Below, in pieces: positions 1 through 6,974 of a stretch of DNA of 32,000 bases; within the stretch, counting starts at the first letter, position 1; each line of letters opens with the position of its first letter. A model generated the notes under the pieces. The model saw only the letters and a list, made by a program, of their open reading frames with translations. It had not been told where the DNA came from and ran no database searches. The DNA is from Candidatus Saccharimonadota bacterium (GTDB lineage Bacteria > Patescibacteriota > Gracilibacteria > UBA1369 > 2-02-FULL-48-14). Location of the stretch: contig JBAZVE010000001.1 of the NCBI GenBank assembly GCA_041661045.1, positions 510,001-542,000 on the forward strand, read 5' to 3'. A program made the position numbers and the translations under genes.

Positions 1-846
1 GATAATATTATCTAATTCTTTTCTTTTCTTGAGGGCTTCTCTTTCCGGTGAATCCTCAAGAGGAATTACGCTAGCCACCAGGTTCTCCATAGGAAGTAAT
101 GCTATTCTTCCGTCCGCCCCTCCCCCCCTTGCTTCACCATGAACTCCTAATACGTGGCGATCCAAGATATATAAAGTGTCAGTATCTCCTCCAACATTAC
201 AGCCATGAAGGGACCGTAATTCATGAAGATTACTTACTATTGTGATATTTTCTTCCGCTATGCCTAGCTCGGTCATCCATGTCTTAATGTGTTCTGCTCG
301 TGTTTTTCCGTTAAAAAATGAGTTTCTAATACTTGAAAATGGTGGATGATCGCCGAGGTTGCTTCCTACTATACAAACTTTTGTGAGGCCTTTCGCTTCC
401 ATGTGGGGCGCTATAAGCTCTTTCAACCTTTCCCCAAATGCATCCATTTTTTGTTTGTAAAATTCGTCTGAGAATCCATCGATTGAGTAAAGCATTTGCC
501 TACGTTTTCCTTCGTCATCAGGTAATTGGTCAGCGTATTTCAAAGCATCGTCAAACACCATATCTAGAGTCTCACCGGCTATGAGCCTTTCCTGACCTTT
601 AGGAGTAGCCTCTCCTAGTGCAATTGAAGTTGTACGGTCAAGTATATGCACATGTGTTGAAAGATCTTTCCCTAGTACATCTAGTATTTTATTTTGGATT
701 TCCTCATTAGTGGCTTCCACCGGGAATGCCACCAATGTTGTAGGATGGCCTTCAGCTTCAAGCCTGGCTCTTATCTCTGGGAGTTTGGTCGCATATAGGT
801 CATTGTCTCTGTAGACAAGTGCGATCGGGGTGTGTTTTCCAGACAT
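1..846 (-). CDS. hypothetical protein, 3' end cut by window edge (absent from the supplied ORF track)
   Basis: Manual reverse-strand translation from ATG at 846 (MSGKHTPIALVYRDNDLYATKLPEIRARLEAEGHP...) stays open to position 1. That is 282 codons with no tta/cta/tca triplet in plus frame 1. In-frame ATGs at 894 and 906 are alternative starts. No family recognised. Confidence 0.6.
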   Translation of the reverse strand, partial: MSGKHTPIALVYRDNDLYATKLPEIRARLEAEGHPTTLVAFPVEATNEEIQNKILDVLGKDLSTHVHILDRTTSIALGEATPKGQERLIAGETLDMVFDDALKYADQLPDDEGKRRQMLYSIDGFSDEFYKQKMDAFGERLKELIAPHMEAKGLTKVCIVGSNLGDHPPFSSIRNSFFNGKTRAEHIKTWMTELGIAEENITIVSNLHELRSLHGCNVGGDTDTLYILDRHVLGVHGEARGGGADGRIALLPMENLVASVIPLEDSPEREALKKRKELDNII

Positions 847-918
847 GGTGATGTGGGTTAATTTGTTTAGAGCCAAGAGAGTATTATGACTCATTTTTGG
901 TATCATGTCGACAACAAG

Positions 919-948
919 CTGTCATTTTGTTTAATTACAGGGTATAAT
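919..948 (+). promoter_or_regulatory. candidate sigma70-type promoter of the TrmB-family gene
   Basis: Perfect TATAAT at 943-948 and CTGTCA at 919-924 (18-nt spacer), 24 nt upstream of ATG 973. Confidence 0.35.
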
Positions 949-972
949 TGATGTAGAAAGTTAATCTACAGT

Positions 973-1755
973 ATGCTTACTGCTACCGATTTAAGTCGAA
1001 TTGTGGCCTTGCTCAAGCAGTTTGAGTGCAATGAAAGCGAGGCGAAAATTTATGTGGAGTCGCTTAAGACGGGGCCCACGACCGTGCAAGAGTTGGCAAA
1101 GAAAATGAAGCGGAATCGCGTCACCGTGCACAGCGCGGTGGAACAACTTGTTGAAAAGGGCTTGCTGTATGAAACTCGAAAAGAAAATCGACGGTTGATT
1201 GGGGCGGAAGAGCCGGACATTTTGCATCGTTTGCTTCAAAAACGCGAGAATGAAATGAAGCTACTGAAGTCGAATTTGGACTATGTAACGGGTCTATTGA
1301 ATTCGGTGCAGGCGGTCGATAAAAGTATTCCGACGGTGAAGTTTTATGAAGGATTGGACGGGTTCAAGAAAATGCTCGAAGAGACTTTGACGGCGAGGGG
1401 TAAGGTCTTTGTTTTCACTTATGTTGACCTGTTCTCTAAGTTGCTTGGGCCCGAGTATTTAGAAGATTATTTTGTTCGCCGTGCTAAGAAAGGCATTTAT
1501 ACCCGTCTGATTTTTCCACCCTGCGCATTCGCCACGCGAGTGAACAAAAAGGCCAAGGAGTACAATATTGAGGTGAGACTTTTGCCACCGGAACTCCAGT
1601 GGAAATCCGGAATTTTTTCTTGGAACGACTCCATGTCTCTCATGTCTTACACGGAAGGCAAGCTCACCAATACGATCATCGAAAACAAGGACATCGCGTA
1701 CTTTTACCAGAATGTGATTTTTGAACTCTGCTGGGCGATGGCGAAACCCATGTAG
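973..1755 (+). CDS. TrmB-family transcriptional regulator
   Basis: N-terminal winged helix typical of TrmB ([45 protein letters not shown]), followed by a coiled linker and a TrmB-type C-terminal domain. 260 aa. Confidence 0.8.
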   Translation: MLTATDLSRIVALLKQFECNESEAKIYVESLKTGPTTVQELAKKMKRNRVTVHSAVEQLVEKGLLYETRKENRRLIGAEEPDILHRLLQKRENEMKLLKSNLDYVTGLLNSVQAVDKSIPTVKFYEGLDGFKKMLEETLTARGKVFVFTYVDLFSKLLGPEYLEDYFVRRAKKGIYTRLIFPPCAFATRVNKKAKEYNIEVRLLPPELQWKSGIFSWNDSMSLMSYTEGKLTNTIIENKDIAYFYQNVIFELCWAMAKPM

Positions 1756-1784
1756 GCGTGTGTGCTATTGATTTCCATTCAATT

Positions 1785-2030
1785 ATGCCATTTTTTACTT
1801 ACATTCTGCGGTGCAGTGATGGGACGCTTTACACGGGGAGTACCGGGGATCTTGAGGGGCGGCTGCATAAACACAATAACTTAAAAAGTGGGGCGAAATA
1901 TACGCGGGCGCGGAGGCCGGTGGAATTGGTGTACAGCGAAGAGTGTGAGAGCTTGAGTGCGGCGCGGAAAAGAGAGGTGGAGATTAAAAAGCTTACGCGG
2001 AAGAAAAAAGAGGAGCTTTTCATGGTGTGA
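1785..2030 (+). CDS. GIY-YIG nuclease superfamily protein (UPF0213/YhbQ-like)
   Basis: [29 protein letters not shown]...[10 protein letters not shown] matches the GIY-YIG core. The track ORF starts at GTG 1758; ATG 1785 gives the usual N-terminus. Confidence 0.8.
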   Translation: MPFFTYILRCSDGTLYTGSTGDLEGRLHKHNNLKSGAKYTRARRPVELVYSEECESLSAARKREVEIKKLTRKKKEELFMV

Positions 2031-2047
2031 TGAGCTAAGATATTTGT

Positions 2048-2593
2048 ATGAATACAGCAGAACAAAAAGAGTTTCTTGGGGCACTGAAGGCGCGTTTTGA
2101 AAAAAACATGAATCGGCATAAAGGTTTTGAGTGGGCTAAGGTGCAGGCCAGGCTGGAGGGTAATGGCGAAAAGGTGGGGGCGCTTTATGAAATGGAAAGA
2201 ACGGGTGGAGAGCCGGACCTTGTGGGTCAGGATGAAAAAACGGGAGAATATCTTTTTTATGATTGCAGCGAGGAAAGCCCAAAAGAGCGGAGAAGTGTTT
2301 GTTATGATCGCGAAGCTTTGGATGGAAGGAAGGAACACAAGCCGGCAAACAGTGCCATGGATATGGCGGGGGAGATGGGCGTTGAGCTCTTATCTGAGGA
2401 GGAGTACCGAGGGTTGCAGGAACTTGGAGATTTTGATTTAAAAACATCAAGCTGGATTAAAACACCTGCGGCCGTCCGGAAACTGGGCGGGGCGCTCTTT
2501 TGTGATCGTCGCTACGACAAAGTTTTTGTGTACCACAATGGTGCGGAGTCCTATTATGCCGCCAGGGGATTCCGTGGGGTGGCGAGAGTTTAG
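2048..2593 (+). CDS. DUF4256 domain-containing protein
   Basis: Full-length resemblance to the DUF4256 family as I recall it: ARFEKNMNRHKGFEWAKVQ, ERTGGEPD, FYDCSEESPKERRSVCYD, GGALFCDRRYDKVFVYHNGAESYYAARGFRG. Confidence 0.75.
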   Translation: MNTAEQKEFLGALKARFEKNMNRHKGFEWAKVQARLEGNGEKVGALYEMERTGGEPDLVGQDEKTGEYLFYDCSEESPKERRSVCYDREALDGRKEHKPANSAMDMAGEMGVELLSEEEYRGLQELGDFDLKTSSWIKTPAAVRKLGGALFCDRRYDKVFVYHNGAESYYAARGFRGVARV

Positions 2594-3132
2594 CGGGAAC
2601 GCCTCTGACACGCCTTCGAGTCTTCCAGGATGAGGGTGAAAACCGTTTCAACGAGGGGGAGGGGCAGGTTTAGGGGTACTGCGGTTCTGGCATGTAAGGA
2701 TTTGAGCTCTGCTTCACGAGTGGAGTCGCAGACCGAAAGACCGAGAACTGCTTTTACTGCGCCGATTCGGTTGATGCAATTCAGGCGTTGAGCCAGCAGG
2801 GCAATGAGACTGAAGCTTGCGTCCTCGATCATTTTTTGACGGATCTCTGTGGTGCTGGGCTCAGGAACTTCCTCGACAGATTCTTTTGCAAGAAGCGCAA
2901 AGAGCCCTTCAACGAGGGGGAGGGGCACGCCTAAGGCAGCAGCATTTCTGGCGCGCAAGGGGCTGAGCCTGGCCTCCAGGACCTTCATCTCGTTTCTGTA
3001 GCTGTGGAGCTGAGCCAAGTGTGCGAGGAGGCTCTCATCCACCGCTTCAATTTCCCCCCGCAGCTCGTCTATGCGAGCGAGGTTGGGAGGAGTATCGGGT
3101 TCATATGTGTCGGTATGGGAGTCGAGGCTCAT
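2590..3132 (-). CDS. tandem (duplicated) AroQ/type II chorismate mutase-like protein
   Basis: Two CM_2-like halves. The C-terminal half carries equivalents of the EcCM catalytic residues: IRQK, AQRLN, GAVK, CDSTRE, LEDSKACQ. The N-terminal half is degenerate but keeps the ELRGEIEAVDESLL helix. Confidence 0.6.
   Translation of the reverse strand: MSLDSHTDTYEPDTPPNLARIDELRGEIEAVDESLLAHLAQLHSYRNEMKVLEARLSPLRARNAAALGVPLPLVEGLFALLAKESVEEVPEPSTTEIRQKMIEDASFSLIALLAQRLNCINRIGAVKAVLGLSVCDSTREAELKSLHARTAVPLNLPLPLVETVFTLILEDSKACQRRSR
2647..2666. repeat. copy 1 of a perfect 20-nt intragenic direct repeat (ttcaacgagggggaggggca)
   Basis: Identical 20-mer at 2908-2927, 261 nt (87 codons) away. It encodes PLPLVE on the minus strand in both halves of the CM-like protein. 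Confidence 0.9.
2908..2927. repeat. copy 2 of the perfect 20-nt intragenic direct repeat
   Basis: Identical to 2647-2666. Confidence 0.9.
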
Positions 3133-3248
3133 TTGGGGGAAGGGTTTAGGTGCGAATTATACAACACTTCATTTAGATAGCAAGAGATTGAATTCGAGTC
3201 TGTGCCTTTACAGAGAGGTGATTTTTCATTAAAACGGGTCTGCTTCGT

Positions 3249-3255
3249 TAAAAAT
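3249..3255 (+). promoter_or_regulatory. candidate -10 box (TAAAAAT) of the U32 gene, leaderless-type spacing
   Basis: The A/T box ends 6 nt before ATG 3262. No SD motif in between. Confidence 0.25.
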
Positions 3256-3261
3256 AGATTT

Positions 3262-4509
3262 ATGCAAAAAATTGAAATCATGGCCCCGGTGGGTTCCTTT
3301 GAAGCGCTTTCGGCTGCGATAAATGCCGGCTGCGACAGTATTTATTTTGGCGTGGAGCAGCTCAATATGCGGGCGAGAGCGGCCCATAATTTCACCTTGG
3401 AAGAACTTAAGGAGGTGGTGAAGCTTTGTGAGGAGAGTGGGGTTCGGTCCTACCTCACCATGAATACGCTTTTGTATCAGCATGACCTTGTTTTGATGCG
3501 TAAAATTTTGGATGCGGCAAAGGCGGCGGGGATTTCCGCGGTTATTGTTCAAGACATCGCGGCCATTCAGTACGCACGATCCATTGGACTTTCCTTGCAT
3601 GCCTCCACGCAACTTTCCATTTCCAATTACGAAGCGGTGAAGTTTTATGCGCAGTTTGCGGACACCCTTGTTTTGGCACGAGAAGTGGATATGGAAATGA
3701 TGAGAGAAATCTGTAAAAAGATTGAAGAGGAATGGCTTAAAGGTCCGGGTGGAGCCTTGGTTCGTATTGAAGTGTTTGTGCATGGGGCACTTTGCATTGC
3801 CCAAAGTGGACGCTGCCAGATGAGTTTGATCACCAATAATACTTCTGCGCAACGAGGCGCGTGTTTGCAAGAATGCCGGAAAAAGTACCGGGTGACGGAC
3901 GAGGAGACCGGCACGGAAATGGTGATTGAAGATGGATTTGTGCTCAGCCCAACGGACCTCTGTTGCCTTCCTTTTTTGGATAAACTGGCGGAGACAGGGG
4001 TGTCTGTTTTTAAGATTGAAGGGCGGGGAAAAAGCGCGGATTATGTGAGCAAGGTGGTGCAGGTGTACCGTGAAGCGCGAGATGCGATTTTGGAAGGGAC
4101 TTTCACAAAAGAAAGGATTGAAGCATGGATGACGGAACTCAAAAGTGTATACAACCGCGGGTTCTCCGAAGGGTATTATTTGGGCCGAAAACTCCCCGAG
4201 TGGAGCGGATCTTCCGGCAGCAAGGCCACGGATGAAAAAATCTATGCGGGAGAGGTGAGCCACTATTTTGCAAAAGCAAAAATTGCGGAGCTGAACTTGC
4301 TCGCCCATGAACTGAAAAAAGGAGATGAATTTGTGGTTATTGGAAAAACAACGGGAGCGGTTTTTGGTCGGGTGGAGTCCATGATGAAGGATGGGGCGGA
4401 GGTGGAGGAGTGTGGTAGACAGGGTTTGGCGACCATCCCTTTGGTCGAAACGGTGCGAAAGAACGACAAGATTTATCTTCTAAAAAAACGAGCGCTCAAT
4501 GCCCTTTAA
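3262..4509 (+). CDS. peptidase U32 family protein (TrhP/RlhA-like Fe-S hydroxylase family)
   Basis: MQKIEIMAPVGSFEALSAAINAGCDSIYFG N-terminus. U32 signature EVFVHGALCIAQSGRCQMS plus RGACLQECR cysteines, and a C-terminal U32 beta-barrel-like segment. The track ORF start at 3202 is an upstream extension. Confidence 0.85.
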   Translation: MQKIEIMAPVGSFEALSAAINAGCDSIYFGVEQLNMRARAAHNFTLEELKEVVKLCEESGVRSYLTMNTLLYQHDLVLMRKILDAAKAAGISAVIVQDIAAIQYARSIGLSLHASTQLSISNYEAVKFYAQFADTLVLAREVDMEMMREICKKIEEEWLKGPGGALVRIEVFVHGALCIAQSGRCQMSLITNNTSAQRGACLQECRKKYRVTDEETGTEMVIEDGFVLSPTDLCCLPFLDKLAETGVSVFKIEGRGKSADYVSKVVQVYREARDAILEGTFTKERIEAWMTELKSVYNRGFSEGYYLGRKLPEWSGSSGSKATDEKIYAGEVSHYFAKAKIAELNLLAHELKKGDEFVVIGKTTGAVFGRVESMMKDGAEVEECGRQGLATIPLVETVRKNDKIYLLKKRALNAL

Positions 4510-4726
4510 GATTGTCCATTTCCAGAACGACTGCATTGGATGCAACTCTTGTGTGAATATTGCACCCCAGTCTTGGATGATGGACGAAAAAGAGGGGAAG
4601 GCGGTGCTGGTGGGAGGAAAAAAGAAGAAGGCTGTTTTTGTGGCTGAAGTTTTTGATTGTGACTTGGAGGCCAATGAGCGAGCGGCGGAGGCGTGCCCGA
4701 TGCGAATCATTCAGATCAATCGCTAG
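4499..4726 (+). CDS. small single-cluster ferredoxin
   Basis: 75 aa with CIGCNSC ... ACP (CxxCxxC...CP). The start overlaps the last 11 nt of the U32 gene. Confidence 0.75.
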   Translation: MPFKIVHFQNDCIGCNSCVNIAPQSWMMDEKEGKAVLVGGKKKKAVFVAEVFDCDLEANERAAEACPMRIIQINR

Positions 4727-4729
4727 GGT

Positions 4730-6154
4730 TTAACGGAGCTTGAGCGTTTTTGTGATGCCCACCTTTTTGATGAAATATTGGTCGTGGGAAATGAGCACCA
4801 TGGCGATTTCTTGATCCAAAAGAAAGCGTTCCAAATCTTCACGCAGGAAAATATCGAGGTGGTTGGTGGGCTCATCCAAAAGAAGAAGGTCGGGCTTATT
4901 GGTGAGCAGAATGGCGAACTCCAGACGGCGTTGTTGGCCGTAACTCAGGGTTTTAATTTTGCTGTCCACAAGTTCCGCCGGGAAAAGAAAATTGGCGAGA
5001 ACGCTACGGCCGGAAGTGTATTCAATGTGCGTGTTGGCTCCAAATTCGTCGAGCACGGTTTTGTTGGGGTCGAGCTTTGAAAACTGCCCCAAGTGACCAA
5101 TTTTGAGGTTGGCGCGGAGCTTGAGGGTGCCGTCAAAATCTCCATCCGTTCCACTTAAAATGCCAAGCAAAGTGCTTTTGCCGGAGCCGTTGGGGCCTTC
5201 GATGAGCACGCGGTCGCCCTGCTCCACTTTGAGCACGGTGTCTTTTAAAAGTTCGTGGTCCCCAAAGTGTTTGCTGTTGACGCGGAGGTTTAAAACCAAG
5301 CCCTCTTGTCCAGCCACCAAGGATTTCATTTTGACGCGGGGGTCGGGGACGGGAGCGGGTGGGGCTTTTTTCTCCATCCGTTCCAGGGCTTTCTTTTTTT
5401 GAGCCACCGTGGCGGTGAATTTGTATTTGGGGTGGTTCGCATTTTCCGCGAGCCAGGCCTCGAGCTCATTGACTTCTCGCTGACTGAACTCATGCAGTTG
5501 GAGTCGTTTTTGGTAGCGTTCAAATCGTTCCACCAAAAATCGGTCGTAGGTTCCGCTGTACACTTCCACTCCATGCTCCGCGGTGATCTCCCAAATTTGG
5601 TCCGCCACGGCGTTGATGAAACTGCGATCGTGCGAGACAAAGGCCACCGTTCCACGAAAAGCGTTCACAAAAGTTTTGAGCCACTCGATGCTCGCGTGAT
5701 CCAGGTGATTGGTGGGTTCATCCAAAAGAAGGATGGTGGGTTCCAGGAGTAGAAGCTCCGCGAGCGCGATGCGCACGCGTTGGCCCCCGCTCAGGCTTTT
5801 GAGGGGCTGAAGGAGAATTTCTTGCGCAAGGCCCACTTCTTCCAGGACCATGTCGATTTGATACGACATCCATTCTTCTTCCAATTTGCTTTCCAAATAA
5901 GTGCCCACCAGCTCCTCTTCGTTTGGGAAAAGGATGTCCTGCTTGAGGTAAGCAATGACTTCCTGAGATCGATTGACGCTCCCTTGCTCCGGCTCCAACT
6001 CTCCCGTGAGGAGCTTGAGGAGGGTGGACTTTCCACAACCGTTTTTCCCCACAATGGCCACGCGTTTTTTGGAAACTCCGTCCAAAGACACGCTGATTCC
6101 CTCGAAAAGGGGGCCGGCAGAAGTTTCGTAAGAGAGGTCTTTGGTGACGAGCAT
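4730..6154 (-). CDS. ABC-F family ATPase (two ABC cassettes, no membrane domain)
   Basis: Walker A GKNGCGKST and GPNGSGKST. Signatures LSGGQ and LSYGQ. LLLDEPTNHLD appears twice. Charged inter-domain linker. Confidence 0.85.
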   Translation of the reverse strand: MLVTKDLSYETSAGPLFEGISVSLDGVSKKRVAIVGKNGCGKSTLLKLLTGELEPEQGSVNRSQEVIAYLKQDILFPNEEELVGTYLESKLEEEWMSYQIDMVLEEVGLAQEILLQPLKSLSGGQRVRIALAELLLLEPTILLLDEPTNHLDHASIEWLKTFVNAFRGTVAFVSHDRSFINAVADQIWEITAEHGVEVYSGTYDRFLVERFERYQKRLQLHEFSQREVNELEAWLAENANHPKYKFTATVAQKKKALERMEKKAPPAPVPDPRVKMKSLVAGQEGLVLNLRVNSKHFGDHELLKDTVLKVEQGDRVLIEGPNGSGKSTLLGILSGTDGDFDGTLKLRANLKIGHLGQFSKLDPNKTVLDEFGANTHIEYTSGRSVLANFLFPAELVDSKIKTLSYGQQRRLEFAILLTNKPDLLLLDEPTNHLDIFLREDLERFLLDQEIAMVLISHDQYFIKKVGITKTLKLR

Positions 6155-6217
6155 ATTTTCTTATAGATTTTATTTTGGGATTTAGGGTAAAATCCCCGAG
6201 GTCTTAACCATTATACC

Positions 6218-6874
6218 ATGTCTGAAACGCAAGAAATCCGTTTGGCCGATGGGGCTTTTAAAAAGCTCATTTTGGCGCTCAGTATTTACCTTACTTCTTT
6301 GTTTGCTGCAAATACATTGGGCCTCAAAGTGATGCCTTTTTTGTTTGGAGGGCACCTTTCCGTGAGCGTGTTTTCGTTCCCCATTGTATTCTTGATGACG
6401 GATCTTATTGGAGAAGTGTATGGTAAAAAAGTAGCGCGGTCTTTTGTTTTGGCAGGGTTTGTGAGCACCGCACTTTTTGTGGCGTACTCCCTGCTCTCCC
6501 TTTGGATGCCGTGGTCTGATGACGGCCTTTGGGCAAGGGAAGGATATGAACTCATGTTCGGGGTCTCCACTCGAATTGCCGTGGCCTCTTTAGCCGCCTT
6601 TTTGATCGCGGAATACCAGGATGTATTCTCCTTTTTCTTTCTTAAAGAACGGTTTGGGAAGAAGTTGTTTTGGCTTCGATCTATGCTTTCCAACTTATGG
6701 TCTCAACTTTTGGACACCGTTATTTTTATGTTCATCGCCTTCTACGGAATTTATGAGCTCAAGATGATGATTAGTCTTATTGTGACATGGTGGCTTTATA
6801 AGGTTGCAATGGGGGCCCTCTATTCACCGCTTTTATATGTGGGGTTGCGACTTTTGAGGGGGAAGAAGGCGTAG
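6218..6874 (+). CDS. yhhQ: queuosine precursor transporter, YhhQ/VUT (DUF165) family
   Basis: Multi-TM protein with FSFPIVFLMTDLIGEVYGKK, RIAVASLAAFLIAEYQDV and LLDTVIFMFIAF motifs, as in E. coli YhhQ. Confidence 0.85.
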   Translation: MSETQEIRLADGAFKKLILALSIYLTSLFAANTLGLKVMPFLFGGHLSVSVFSFPIVFLMTDLIGEVYGKKVARSFVLAGFVSTALFVAYSLLSLWMPWSDDGLWAREGYELMFGVSTRIAVASLAAFLIAEYQDVFSFFFLKERFGKKLFWLRSMLSNLWSQLLDTVIFMFIAFYGIYELKMMISLIVTWWLYKVAMGALYSPLLYVGLRLLRGKKA

Positions 6875-6949
6875 GCTGGCAAAATTTGTAAAAAAATGTA
6901 CCTAAAATATAGATTTTGCTTGCAATGTCTGTATTTTAAGGTTACTTTG

Positions 6950-6958
6950 TGATAAAAT
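6950..6958 (+). promoter_or_regulatory. candidate extended -10 promoter (TGaTAAAAT) of ddl
   Basis: TG at 6950-6951 and TAAAAT at 6953-6958, 16 nt upstream of ATG 6975, in an AT-rich 100-nt intergenic region. Confidence 0.3.
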
Positions 6959-6974
6959 TTTACTGTAAAAATAT

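Noticed and set aside
2127-2450. Overlapping 104-aa ORFs on both strands inside the DUF4256 gene
   Set aside because: They sit in alternative frames of a gene with full-length family similarity. Their products are Trp/Arg/Pro-rich junk-like sequences.
3229-4308. 359-aa minus-strand ORF
   Set aside because: It is antisense to the U32 gene, which has the family signature. The antisense product is Arg/Phe/His-rich and low complexity. A shadow ORF.
6177-6196. Hairpin GGGATTT-agggta-AAATCCC in the yhhQ leader, considered as a preQ1 riboswitch because YhhQ-type transporters are often preQ1-regulated
   Set aside because: It does not fit the preQ1-I layout as I remember it, lacking the conserved loop and the A-rich ACUA tail. 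The whole divergent intergenic region is only 63 nt. The stem also contains a TAAAAT box (6188-6193) that more simply serves as the yhhQ -10 element. A covariance-model scan would settle it.
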